Part shown: piece by piece, positions 30,817 to 40,660 of the stretch
Layout of the letters: every line of letters starts with the position of its first letter
Numbering within the stretch: position 1 is the first letter of the stretch
Source: Alkalispirochaeta sp.
Lineage (GTDB): Bacteria; Spirochaetota; Spirochaetia; DSM-27196; Alkalispirochaetaceae
Direction: 5' to 3'
Length of the DNA: 64,000 bases
Assembly (NCBI GenBank): GCA_965601925.1
Contig: OZ271854.1
Location: forward strand, 4,416,001-4,480,000
Translations under genes and position numbers: made by a program
The notes under the pieces: generated by a model
What the model was told of the DNA's origin: nothing
The model's database searches: none
What the model saw: only the letters and a program-made list of their open reading frames with translations

Positions 30817-31914
30817 CTACTTATCGGTATCACCCAGGCCCGTGTGATCGTCGGGTTCTCGCAATCGACGCTCGGCCCACGCCGCATGTTCGGCGATGAT
30901 CTCGTCCTCGTCACGTGCGAGCTCACTCAGACGGGAGATAGCGAATCGTGCGCCGACGTTTGCAGCGGCGATGCACGCATTACGCACGAGGCGCCGGCGC
31001 TTAGCGCGCATCAGAGGAGAGCCGGCGAAGCGCGTCGTGAACTCCTCATCGTCTCGAATGGCGAGAACCTCCGCGAGCTCAAGCCGGGAGCCGGCGATAG
31101 GCGTAACGAACCCCCGGACATCGGTGACCCGCGCGCGTACGTTGAGGGGACACACTTCCTGGCACAAATCGCACCCAAATAACCAGTCTCCCATACCGGG
31201 TCGGAGGCCCTCGGGAATCACGCCGTCATATTCGATGGTCAGGTATGAGATGCAGCGTGAGGCGTCGATACGGTGCGGTGCGTACAGCGCGCCGGTCGGA
31301 CACACGTCGATACAACGACGGCAGTTACCGGGACACGCACCGTGACGGCCTCGCGACTCACCGGAGGGTCGATACCGTTTTGTGGAGAGGATCTCGCCCA
31401 GCACAAACCAGCTGCCGTACTGCGCACTAATGAGGAGCGTGTTACGACCGGTGAACCCGATCCCCGCGCGCTCGGCATAGTAACGTTCCGCAAGAGGTGT
31501 GGCATCGGTCCACGCGCGAAAACGCTCGTCCGGATATCGCTCACTCAGTCGACGCGCCACCCGTTTGAGCCTCTTCCCCAACTCCTTATGATAGTCTCTT
31601 CCCCAGGCGTACCGTGCAATACGACCGCCCTCGGACGACCTACTCGACGGGACTTTTTGATAGTAATTGATCGCTGCAAAGACGACGGACCGAGCTCCCG
31701 TGAAGAACTCTTGCGGATCGTATTTGAGCCGCGCGTGGCGTTCAAGGTAGCGCATCTCTCCGTGATGACCACGTTCGAGCCACGTTGCGTACTCACTCTC
31801 GGCGCCACGGTCGGGCGCGGTGTCGCACACGCCGACAAGTTCCAACCCCTCGGCCGCCAGTAGTCTCGAAAGCTCGTCGTCGACCTCGGGATACCAGGCG
31901 CTTCGCGCGATCAT
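30817..31914 (-). CDS. queG: tRNA epoxyqueuosine(34) reductase
   Basis: ARYAWGRDYH, CxxCxxCIDVCPTGA, CISYLTIE, FGCDLCQEVCP. Confidence 0.95.
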   Translation of the reverse strand: MIARSAWYPEVDDELSRLLAAEGLELVGVCDTAPDRGAESEYATWLERGHHGEMRYLERHARLKYDPQEFFTGARSVVFAAINYYQKVPSSRSSEGGRIARYAWGRDYHKELGKRLKRVARRLSERYPDERFRAWTDATPLAERYYAERAGIGFTGRNTLLISAQYGSWFVLGEILSTKRYRPSGESRGRHGACPGNCRRCIDVCPTGALYAPHRIDASRCISYLTIEYDGVIPEGLRPGMGDWLFGCDLCQEVCPLNVRARVTDVRGFVTPIAGSRLELAEVLAIRDDEEFTTRFAGSPLMRAKRRRLVRNACIAAANVGARFAISRLSELARDEDEIIAEHAAWAERRLREPDDHTGLGDTDK

Positions 31915-32546
31915 GTGTCCACACCGGCCGACGGACAGTGGTGGGCAATCGGGCAGCCGCCACAATCGGGTTTTCGTGCAAAACAGTAGCGTCGCCCGTG
32001 ATAGTTGAGACGCATACTCGCATCGTTCCACGCCTCTTGCGGCAGTATCGCCGCGACATCGCGCTCGAGACGTTTCGGGTCGCCGGCGTCGCTAAAAGCG
32101 AGGCGGCGCACGACCCGGCCGAAGTGCGTGTCCACAATAATTGCCGGTTTGTCGTAGATGTGAAGCAGTACGACACCGGCCGATTTGCGGCCCACCCCGG
32201 GCAGCCGAACCAAGTGTTCCATCGTATCGGGAACGCGCCCTCGATAGTCCTCTGCAACGGCGCGCGCCGTCCCGATGATATTTTTTGCCTTCTGACGAAA
32301 GAAACCCAAGGAATGGATGATATCCTCTACCTCCGACAGGTCCGCTCCGGCAAGCGCCTCCGGTGTAGGAAAGCGGCCGAATAGCGCCGGTAGCGTGCGG
32401 TTCACTGCGTCATCGGTCGTCTGCGCCGAGAGAATGACCGCAATCAGAAGCTCGAACGGCGACCGGTAGTGGAGCAAACTCGGAGCGTCGCGATACTCCC
32501 CACCGAGGATCGCGAGAATGGTTTCGAAGCGTTGGGTATCGTTCAT
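31911..32546 (-). CDS. nth: Endonuclease III
   Basis: LSAQTTD, LPGVGRKSA HhH, VDTH, CFARKPDCGGCPIAHHC [4Fe-4S] motif. Confidence 0.96.
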   Translation of the reverse strand: MNDTQRFETILAILGGEYRDAPSLLHYRSPFELLIAVILSAQTTDDAVNRTLPALFGRFPTPEALAGADLSEVEDIIHSLGFFRQKAKNIIGTARAVAEDYRGRVPDTMEHLVRLPGVGRKSAGVVLLHIYDKPAIIVDTHFGRVVRRLAFSDAGDPKRLERDVAAILPQEAWNDASMRLNYHGRRYCFARKPDCGGCPIAHHCPSAGVDT

Positions 32547-32618
32547 ATACTCGCGGTACAATGTAACAAAAAACGGGCCTCTCCCAAAGACGGCTACACC
32601 GCCGTCCGGGAGCGTATC

Positions 32619-32647
32619 TTGACCGTACCATCGGCCTTCCCTATACT
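32619..32647 (+). promoter_or_regulatory. sigma70 promoter of tRNA-Pro/Arg
   Basis: TTGACC-N17-TATACT. Confidence 0.8.
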
Positions 32648-32658
32648 CTGGTGTCTTT

Positions 32659-32734
32659 CGGGATGTAGCCTAGTGGCTAAGGCGCCTGCTTTGGGAGCAG
32701 GAGATCGCCGGTTCGAGTCCGGCCATCCCGACCA
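32659..32734 (+). tRNA. tRNA-Pro(TGG)
   Basis: CGGGATG/CATCCCG acceptor, CCTGC-TTTGGGA-GCAGG anticodon arm, GGTTCGAGTCC, encoded CCA. Confidence 0.96.
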
Positions 32735-32735
32735 T

Positions 32736-32809
32736 GCGCCCATAGCTCAGCCGGATAGAGCATCGGCCTTCTAAGCCGAGGGTCGGAGGTTCGAATCCTC
32801 CTGGGCGTA
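32736..32809 (+). tRNA. tRNA-Arg(TCT)
   Basis: GCGCCCA/TGGGCGT acceptor, TCGGC-CTTCTAA-GCCGA anticodon arm, GGTTCGAATCC; 1 nt after tRNA-Pro. Confidence 0.96.
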
Positions 32810-32815
32810 AAACAA

Positions 32816-32848
32816 GAAAGCCGTCCTTTCGGGCGGCTTTCCTCGTTT
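32816..32848 (+). terminator. Intrinsic terminator after the tRNA pair
   Basis: GAAAGCCGTCC-TTTC-GGGCGGCTTTC hairpin. Confidence 0.8.
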
Positions 32849-32929
32849 ACGGGGCCTCGGGAGAGCTCGAACAGCAGCCGGCGCCGAACGATAGCGAGGA
32901 AGAGGCGCCGGGATGGCGCCGGCAGTTGC

Positions 32930-33388
32930 TTAGACCGTCTTCTCGTACACGAAGAGCGTCTTTCCTTCGAACACTGTAGTCCCGGCGTGCGCATACCCCA
33001 CACTCTCATAGATATGCCGACCTATTACGTTATCCTGAAAAACGTCAAGCCACACGCGGCGCCTTCCGAACTCTTCGCGACAGATCCGATCCACGAGCCT
33101 CACAGCGCGCTTTCCGTAGCCTCTCTCGCGCTCTGAAATAACAATACGTCGGAACTCGAGACTCCGACCGTCGGGATCGAGGGCGAGTATCAAGAATCCT
33201 ACCAGCGATCCCCGTTCGCCATAGATCGACTTATACCGTACCTCGTCGATCGCGAACTGCTCTCGATGTTTTGAGAGGGTGTAAGGGAAAATGAATCGTC
33301 GTACTTCTTCGGGTTTCTCCATCTCATGGAAGGCTCCGAGTTCGTCCTCTACGGCGTTATCGATTTTGATTTGCGCATCTTCGGACAT
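32930..33388 (-). CDS. GNAT family N-acetyltransferase
   Basis: GGAGGA SD; EFRRIVISERERGYGK, VWLDVFQDN, HIYESVGY. Confidence 0.9.
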   Translation of the reverse strand: MSEDAQIKIDNAVEDELGAFHEMEKPEEVRRFIFPYTLSKHREQFAIDEVRYKSIYGERGSLVGFLILALDPDGRSLEFRRIVISERERGYGKRAVRLVDRICREEFGRRRVWLDVFQDNVIGRHIYESVGYAHAGTTVFEGKTLFVYEKTV

Positions 33389-34040
33389 TGAGACTCCTCC
33401 GGTAGCATAGCATGGAGCTGACCTGCAGACCGAGGCGTGAGGCTATATACCGGCGCGAGCTGTCCCTCCGGAGGTCCCTCTTTCCGATGGAAAAGGCCGT
33501 TATGCAAATGAACCGCCGGAATATCTTCACCGATTCGATGGTAACTTTTTTGGTCCCACCACGCGATCCCGTGGGGAGACGGAATGTCAGGTTTGTAGTC
33601 TTGTACTACTGTAATTTTCTCTACATTTCCAAACAGAGGCCGCGGACCGGATATGAAGGGAGACTCGTCAAAGCCGCCGGACGCTTACCCCAAGGCTGCG
33701 AGCGCTCCAGACGCCTACACGCCCCTCATCCCGTCGGAGATGCACATGGAGAGGTGAGCGCGGCAGTTCGTAAAAAGAACACGCCGTGACCGCCCACCCA
33801 CCCAACGACTTGTCTCTTACAAAAACTCCATATGAAGTGCGCCATACGCGCTATGCAGAAGGAAAAAACGATTCTTACACACAGATGTTGAGGTATTCTG
33901 CACGACGCGTACAAGAATATCCATCAAACCGACGAAGAAGCTGAGTCGGGTGATCATTCGTACCCATATCTTCATATCATTCAGTCATCAAAGAATAGAG
34001 AGGGAGTCCGTCCGAAACAAAAAGTCGTAGGGGGGCAAGA

Positions 34041-34862
34041 ATGAAAAAAGTAATCGCTATCGTCTTCACGGTACTCGTCGCGCACGGGGTTGTCGCCGAA
34101 GACACGATGTCGCTTTCGGACTACTACGCACCGGCTTTTTCCTCCGGCGGTACCGTGCTCACCGGTCAAGCTCTCAGAGACGCACTTCACGATATCATCG
34201 ACGATCACCAGCGTTTTCGGTATACACACCGAACTGAAAGAGACGTCTGGGACGCCCTCATTGAACTCGACCGCGATCCTTCCAACCCCGACAACGTCAT
34301 TCTGATTTATACGGGAAGATCGCATCCGGCAGTCGATCGAGACGGGACTGATGGAAGTGACGGCGATTCATGGAATCGCGAACACACGTGGCCGAGCTCA
34401 TTAGGCTTCGGGTCCGATAGCTGGGTACCGTACACCGATCTCCACGCGCTAAGAGCCGCAGATAGGTCTACCAATACCGATAGAAGCAACTTAGACTACG
34501 ACTACGGGGGCGATGCGCACGATGAGGCATCAGACGCTCGATTTGATGCCGATTCATGGGAACCGCCTAACGAAGTTAAGGGCGATATTGCTCGAGGTCT
34601 GCTTTATATGGCGATTCGGTACGAGGGTGACGTCGTCGGCGAGCCCGACCTTGAGATCGTGGAAGACCCATCGATAACCGATTCGTCCTCTGACGGCATC
34701 GGGACGATCGCAAGCCTTTCTGCACTTCTTCAATGGCATGAGGATGACCCACCGGACGACCGCGAGCGTCTTAGAAACGAGCGTATCTATACCAACTGGC
34801 AGGGCAATCGAAACCCGTTCGTTGATCACCCTGAGTGGGCGGCGCTCATAAACTGGAACTGA
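34041..34862 (+). CDS. Secreted endonuclease I family (His-Me finger) nuclease
   Basis: Signal peptide; WNREHTWPSS, DLHALRAAD, KGDIARGLLYMAIRY, QGNRNPFVDHPEW. Confidence 0.92.
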   Translation: MKKVIAIVFTVLVAHGVVAEDTMSLSDYYAPAFSSGGTVLTGQALRDALHDIIDDHQRFRYTHRTERDVWDALIELDRDPSNPDNVILIYTGRSHPAVDRDGTDGSDGDSWNREHTWPSSLGFGSDSWVPYTDLHALRAADRSTNTDRSNLDYDYGGDAHDEASDARFDADSWEPPNEVKGDIARGLLYMAIRYEGDVVGEPDLEIVEDPSITDSSSDGIGTIASLSALLQWHEDDPPDDRERLRNERIYTNWQGNRNPFVDHPEWAALINWN

Positions 34863-34953
34863 GCGCACCTGACTATCGATTTGATACGGGTGATCAATCC
34901 TCGATACCGTCCTGCACGTTATTGGCTCCGCGTAAGAAACGGGAGGTTGATAG

Positions 34954-35889
34954 ATGCGAGTACCAGATCTAACCAAACCAAATACAATCAAATCAAAAAT
35001 ACCATTGTATCCTGCAGCGGCTCTGGCGCTGTGGACAATTATGTTCTTGTCGTCATGTTATGTCGATCGAACGGAGCCACCCAGAGAGCAGGAGCTAACG
35101 CGATCGTTGGAACAATACTCCGAACCAGAGCCCGAAGAGCGCTTTCGCGAGCTACAAGAGGCCCGGGAATCCTTGGAATCAATGACCGAAGAGCGTGAAG
35201 GTGTTCCTTCTGTGATAGAGGAGATCACCGAATCATCACAACCCGCAGCAGCTGGAACCGACGCAACCACGCGCCCACCACGGTCCATTCCAAAAAGCGA
35301 TTCTGTAGCACCGGTACCTCGCAATGCTGTTGATCTGCTCTTGGAAACGCTCGATTTTGCCCCCGTCGCATTCAACGCACCGGAGGAGATGAATCTTGGT
35401 CAAAATGGTAGAATACTGGTAGTAATAGATCCTGCCGGCGACTTCGCTGAGTTTGATGAGTTCACTAGCCGAATAGGTGAAATCGTAGAGGACGAAGTTC
35501 AAGTCACAACAAAGATGAGTGCCGAACTCTCCGGCACACTCGGTCTTCAAGTCAATCCTACAGGCCCTCAACCGCAGTTGATGACGATGAAGGAATCTAC
35601 AAAATGGTGGTGGGACGTGACCGCGATCGAACGCGGTTCACAAACACTACGACTCACCATTCGCGCGCATGCGCAGATAGAAGGTTTTGATTCAAGGCGA
35701 GACCTCGAAACCTATCACAGGGAAATCGACGTCAGAGTTACCGTTGAGCAACGAGTTTTGGGATTCATTCGCAGAAACTGGGAATGGCTTTGGACAGTTC
35801 TCCTAGTCCCAATCGGTGGATGGATTTGGGCCAGACTACGCCGACAAGCGCCGATGGATAGGACACCGGAGGGAGGCGACCCTGAATAG
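34954..35889 (+). CDS. Hypothetical lipoprotein-like protein with C-terminal TM anchor
   Basis: GGGAGG SD; FLSSC lipobox-like motif; coiled/low-complexity linker; beta-rich domain (KWWWDVTA); WEWLWTVLLVPIGGWIW. Confidence 0.7.
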   Translation: MRVPDLTKPNTIKSKIPLYPAAALALWTIMFLSSCYVDRTEPPREQELTRSLEQYSEPEPEERFRELQEARESLESMTEEREGVPSVIEEITESSQPAAAGTDATTRPPRSIPKSDSVAPVPRNAVDLLLETLDFAPVAFNAPEEMNLGQNGRILVVIDPAGDFAEFDEFTSRIGEIVEDEVQVTTKMSAELSGTLGLQVNPTGPQPQLMTMKESTKWWWDVTAIERGSQTLRLTIRAHAQIEGFDSRRDLETYHREIDVRVTVEQRVLGFIRRNWEWLWTVLLVPIGGWIWARLRRQAPMDRTPEGGDPE

Positions 35890-36472
35890 GACATCTCGGA
35901 AAGATGCTTACGCCTTCGCCAGGTACCTTGCCTCCCCCACTCGTTACACGTGGAGGAGGCGCCCGTGCTCGGATGGCACTCCGCGTGTCTCCATCACCTG
36001 CCGCATGACGTTGAATGATAGCGTTGCTCCATTTTGCAGCGTTCCCATTTTCACCCCTCTTTTGACGGCAATTACCGGGGCGAGCAAGAGGCACGGTTAC
36101 ACATAAACCATAAGCACGAATGCCGTTGCTGCCGGGTCAATAGTTACCCATACTCCACCAAGCATCGAGTCTGTCGCGACCGAATCAACAGCCGGGTAAT
36201 CAACACACTGAAGAGGACGGCCGGTATCGGCACAAAAAAGTGCACCGCTGTTCCCGACAGCCTCACATAGCAGGAAGCTGCGATGAATTGGACCTTGACG
36301 AGTAATCGATGATCTGAAGGAGGTCAGTAAGGGTTGGCGGGCCATGGAGCAAACGATTGACTACGGCGCGGTCACTTGTGTCTGACTAAACGGGCAGCGG
36401 CGGTAGTAAATCCTTCTCCGCGAACATGTTATGAGGAGAGAACCTCGTTCGGCGTCAAGCACTTTGAGACCC

Positions 36473-37078
36473 CTATTTGAGTTCGCGCTTCATTGCCCCG
36501 GCAGAGACTAAGGCTACGCGAACGTCATCATGACCAGATTTCAGCCGCAGACTTCGACGCGTGCCGGCCGTTGTCAGTAGTTCGAAATCACCATCGGAGT
36601 CGTCGAACGAGTGTATGTCAGTCCAATATAGCGGCCCGATGAAGCCGCATACTCCGTGGCGGTATACACCCGCGATAGAAACCATGCGACGACCATGAAG
36701 TATGGACGCCCATCCAAAAATCGCGAACGCTCCTGCAGGAATAGCCGTGAGCGGTTCGTTAACGATTCCCATGATTATCGCGCCCGCGGTGAGAAAAACA
36801 TACATCACAACGCGCACTCGGTTCCACTTCCCTGCTGGAACTGCATCAGCAGGGAGCTCTCCAATGAGTTCACCTAGTCTTGTCAGCAACCGCCGGCGTG
36901 AGAGTCCTTGGACCACGAGCACGAAGGCGAGCCCGAGTGGAACGAGCAAAAACCGTCCGACAAGGAATGCAAAGGCGATGAAGCTGTTTAGCGTTAGGTC
37001 ATTCATGACGTGCGATCGTTTGAACATACATCGGTTGATGATATCAGCCAACTCTAGGGATCCTTGCACATCAAACAA
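36473..37078 (-). CDS. Hypothetical membrane protein (start uncertain)
   Basis: Three hydrophobic segments plus a C-terminal G...WTDIHSF element of the PH-like type. Confidence 0.65.
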   Translation of the reverse strand: MFDVQGSLELADIINRCMFKRSHVMNDLTLNSFIAFAFLVGRFLLVPLGLAFVLVVQGLSRRRLLTRLGELIGELPADAVPAGKWNRVRVVMYVFLTAGAIIMGIVNEPLTAIPAGAFAIFGWASILHGRRMVSIAGVYRHGVCGFIGPLYWTDIHSFDDSDGDFELLTTAGTRRSLRLKSGHDDVRVALVSAGAMKRELK

Positions 37079-37727
37079 GCGACATGCCTATCTTGCTCGT
37101 AGTACTTATCAGGAGACCAACTTGAGATGGACCTGGAGCGACGGAGAACTCTAGCCGAAGCCCGACGTAGAGTTCGTAGGTAGCCGCGGGGCTGACGGTG
37201 TTGTGCAAGGATTACAAGACGGGGGGCGAGGCCGCGCGGGTGGTGTTGACGTGGTGGGAGATCGGAGTGGAGCGATGTTAGGTGAGACGCAGCGAAATCC
37301 TACCCGCGGGGGTTGAGACCAAGTTGAGGCTCACTAACGGCCGACTGGGCTTACTGATAGCTTTTAGCGTCATTTCCTCCATGCAGTCGTAGTGCTCATC
37401 GTATCTGTCCGGGGCCTAATAAAACGTGCTAAGTACCACCAAAAACCTCACGGAGCAAATACTGTATCGTGAACGTGTGCAGCTTCGACTTCCGCGACTT
37501 GATCTTCTCTTAGCTTGCTGCGCATATTTCGCGGATAGAAGATAGCCCCCGGAGAAACACCGGGAAAGACGAGAACAAGAGTAGGATCGACAGCCGGTCC
37601 ACATCGAGGCCGGGGACGAATCGCCATAGTAAAACTCGTCGGTACGCAACCGACGATCGAAATCACCGCGTTGGACCACGGCGTATGGACCATGCGACAC
37701 AGTTTCATCTCCACATCATATTGCGCC

Positions 37728-38633
37728 CTACTCCGCCACCAAGAGCAACACCTCGGGGCGATACTCGAAATGAACGTTGTCGAAGAAGAGCCACTTCCCT
37801 CCCCAGACAAAACCCTCCGCCTCAAAGGCGTCGACGACGGTCTGCGGGACGCTCCAACGCTGATTGAAGGACAGCTCCCACCATTCCGAGACGCCACCGG
37901 CGGCCGCCCACTGCCAATAGCCCCAGCCACCGCCCCACGAGGCGGGGATAAGGTCGACCGCCATCCCGTAGGCGTGGTAGCTGCGACGCATGGTTCCGGA
38001 GATGGTACGCCAGTTGTATCCGTGGACGGCATCCAAGCTACGAACGAACGCGCGAGTCTCTTGATCCTCGAGCATTGCGTTTCTGACGCGCCGCTCGACG
38101 CGACGCAGGGGACCGACGACGAGGGGGTGGACGCGGGTCGCCATTCCCAGAAACTCGACGCGCACTACCGTGCGTTCCGCATCGTCCCTCGAGGCGATGC
38201 CGTACAAGTTATCGAGAAAGTGGTTAAAGCGGAGCCGGCTGTCATTGCGTCGATTACGCGTGCGCTGGATCAGCAGTTGCTCCAGCTGGGGAGTGATCTC
38301 TCGCTCCCGCCACACACCGATTCGATAGTTGCCGTAGAACCGAATCGGAACGTACTCTCGCCACCGGGCGTCGCGGCGTTCTTCCTGCGGGAGCAGTCGC
38401 CCCTCGGCCCAATAAAACCACCTCCCGTTCATCGACAGCGCCCACTCGCCGCCGCGGATCTCGACTGCTTCGATACGGTGAGGAAACGCCGCCTGCAATG
38501 CGAGTACCTCGCGCTCTCCCGGTAGCGGACCGTCGGTATGGAAAGGATCGTTCGAACGGACGGATTGCGACTCCAATCCACGCACCGAACACACAATAGC
38601 AAGTATCACCAATATGGGGCGGAGTCGTGTCAT
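37728..38633 (-). CDS. M15 family metallopeptidase (D,D-carboxypeptidase-like)
   Basis: Signal peptide; YNWRTI, SYHAYGMAVD, GFVWGGKW, DNVHFEYRPE. Confidence 0.9.
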   Translation of the reverse strand: MTRLRPILVILAIVCSVRGLESQSVRSNDPFHTDGPLPGEREVLALQAAFPHRIEAVEIRGGEWALSMNGRWFYWAEGRLLPQEERRDARWREYVPIRFYGNYRIGVWREREITPQLEQLLIQRTRNRRNDSRLRFNHFLDNLYGIASRDDAERTVVRVEFLGMATRVHPLVVGPLRRVERRVRNAMLEDQETRAFVRSLDAVHGYNWRTISGTMRRSYHAYGMAVDLIPASWGGGWGYWQWAAAGGVSEWWELSFNQRWSVPQTVVDAFEAEGFVWGGKWLFFDNVHFEYRPEVLLLVAE

Positions 38634-38672
38634 CGCAACAATATACCCGCCGCCGGTCGGTTGCGACACCCG

Positions 38673-39374
38673 TCACGGAATCGCAAGATACACAACCTTC
38701 CCGCTCGGACGGCCCGAATCCTCATCCACCACGTCCAGTGTATCGAGAAGGTGCCACCCGGCCTCGGCGAGGAGCGGGTCGATCTCTTCGACCTCCCACG
38801 GCCTCTGGCGGTGCTCCTCTCGTCCGAAGGGAAACTCGAAGATCGTCGTCGCAATGGGCGGCGGACCGGCGTCGTACAAGAGCTGTTCGCGAATCGGTAT
38901 GCCGTCGACGAGACGGTCCCGGACCGCCCGGTGTCGTTCCGGCGGATACATCGAACGATCGTTGAGATCGATCAGAAGCAGCCCGTCGTCGGTAATTACG
39001 CCTCGCGCGGCTGCAAAAAAGCGCAATAGCTCATCCTCACGGTGTATGTAGTTTAACGAGTCGTATACGGCCGTTACCAACTCGAACGTTTCGTCGAAGG
39101 GAACAGGGTCCCGAAGGTCGCCGATTGCGAGACGCGCCCCCGGCACGCGCAGTCGAGCGATGTCGAGCATCGTCGTCGACCGGTCGTAGCCGGCGATCCG
39201 CCGCCGATCGGCCAAATGGTTGAGGAGGAGCCCGGTACCGCACGCGGCGTCGCACACGCGGGAGAAACGGCGCTCGCTCTCACGCTCGATATCGGCGATG
39301 AGCTGGGCGACGTAGGTGCTATAGTCGCCCCACCCACTGTCGTAGAACTGTGCGAGTAGTTCGTAGGGTTCCAT
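38673..39374 (-). CDS. Class I SAM-dependent methyltransferase
   Basis: DAACGTG, GYDRS, GDLR, YDSLNY. Confidence 0.9.
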   Translation of the reverse strand: MEPYELLAQFYDSGWGDYSTYVAQLIADIERESERRFSRVCDAACGTGLLLNHLADRRRIAGYDRSTTMLDIARLRVPGARLAIGDLRDPVPFDETFELVTAVYDSLNYIHREDELLRFFAAARGVITDDGLLLIDLNDRSMYPPERHRAVRDRLVDGIPIREQLLYDAGPPPIATTIFEFPFGREEHRQRPWEVEEIDPLLAEAGWHLLDTLDVVDEDSGRPSGKVVYLAIP

Positions 39375-39451
39375 CGCGCTCCGGCCGATTTACGTCGAGA
39401 GACTCTGCGCCTCGAAGCGAACGCGACGGCCGGATTCCCCGATCCTTCGCA

Positions 39452-40660
39452 CTACGTGATGATCTCCATCTCGCGTGCCACCCTTACGAAGGCGTCGACG
39501 GCACGGTCCACTTCGTCCGGGGTATGGGCCGCAGACATCTGGACACGAATGCGCGCCTTCCCGCGCGGCACGACCGGATAGGCGAACCCGATGACGTAAA
39601 TGCCCCGCTCCAAGAGGCGTTTCGCCATCTCGACGGCCTTCGATTCGTCGTAGATCATAACCGGCACGATGGCCGTCTCCGTGGGGAGCACGTCGAGACC
39701 CGCCTCGCGCAATCGACGTGAAAAGCGTGCGGCGTGTTCCAGAGGCAACGTAAGGCGCGTGTGGTCCTCGTCTACCAACTGCAGGGCGCGCAGTGTCGCG
39801 CCGACGATCGCCGGTGCGAGCGTATTGCTGAACAGGTACGGCCGCGATCGCTGGCGCAGGAGTTCGATAATCTCTCCGCGCCCGCTCACGCACCCGCCCG
39901 ATGCACCGCCGAGAGCTTTGCCGAAGGTCGTGGTGATGATGTCGATCGCTCCTTCAAGCCCGAAGTACTCCGCGGTCCCCCGTCCGGTGGGGCCGAGGTA
40001 ACCGGTTGCGTGGCAGTCGTCGACCATCACGAGCGCGTCGAACTCTTCGGCCAACCGCACGATCTCCGGCAGACGCGCGATATCGCCGTCCATGGAGAAG
40101 ACGCCGTCGGTGGCGATGATACGATACCGACTCCCCGCTTCACCCGCCGCCTCGAGCTGGTTTCGCAGATCTTGCATATCGCTGTGGCGATACCGATAGC
40201 GCTTCGCTTTGCACAACCGCACCCCGTCGATAATCGAAGCGTGGTTGAGTGCATCGGATATGATTGCGTCTTCCTCGCCGAGCAGCGGCTCGAACACGCC
40301 CCCGTTGGCGTCGAACGCCGCAGCGTAGAGGATCGTATCGTCGGTGCCGAGAAAGGTGCTCATCGCCGCCTCGAGCTCGCGATGCAACGCGGTCGTGCCG
40401 CAGATGAAGCGTACCGACGCGTATCCGAATCCCCAACGCTCGATGGCGTCGCACGCCGCCTTGCGTAATTCGGGGTGGTTCGCGAGGCCGAGGTAATTGT
40501 TGGCGCAAAAGTTCACGACCTCCGCGGTCTCGCCGGTCGGGGCGGCTACCGCGATCGACGAGCCTTGGGGAGTGGTCAATATCCGTTCGTGTTTGTAGAG
40601 TCCCTGCCCTTCCAAATCGGCAAGCAGTCGCCTCAAATCATCCTTCATCGATCCAAACAT
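39452..40660 (-). CDS. kbl: 2-amino-3-ketobutyrate CoA ligase (glycine C-acetyltransferase)
   Basis: NFCANNYLGL, SVRFICGT, LNHASIIDG, DDCHATG, TFGKALGG, RSRPYLFSN. Confidence 0.96.
   Translation of the reverse strand: MFGSMKDDLRRLLADLEGQGLYKHERILTTPQGSSIAVAAPTGETAEVVNFCANNYLGLANHPELRKAACDAIERWGFGYASVRFICGTTALHRELEAAMSTFLGTDDTILYAAAFDANGGVFEPLLGEEDAIISDALNHASIIDGVRLCKAKRYRYRHSDMQDLRNQLEAAGEAGSRYRIIATDGVFSMDGDIARLPEIVRLAEEFDALVMVDDCHATGYLGPTGRGTAEYFGLEGAIDIITTTFGKALGGASGGCVSGRGEIIELLRQRSRPYLFSNTLAPAIVGATLRALQLVDEDHTRLTLPLEHAARFSRRLREAGLDVLPTETAIVPVMIYDESKAVEMAKRLLERGIYVIGFAYPVVPRGKARIRVQMSAAHTPDEVDRAVDAFVRVAREMEIIT

Noticed and set aside
33412..33914. ORF-track entries 33412-33789 and 33726-33914 as real genes
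   Set aside because: No SD or recognisable domain; they cross repeat-like and remnant sequence.
34863..34953. attC-like site between the nuclease and lipoprotein genes (ACCTGAC...GTTATTG)
   Set aside because: Both boxes deviate from consensus and the arms do not pair.
32810..37700. Prophage or ICE at tRNA-Arg
   Set aside because: No integrase, phage or conjugation genes and no att duplication seen; kept only as a variable cassette-like region.
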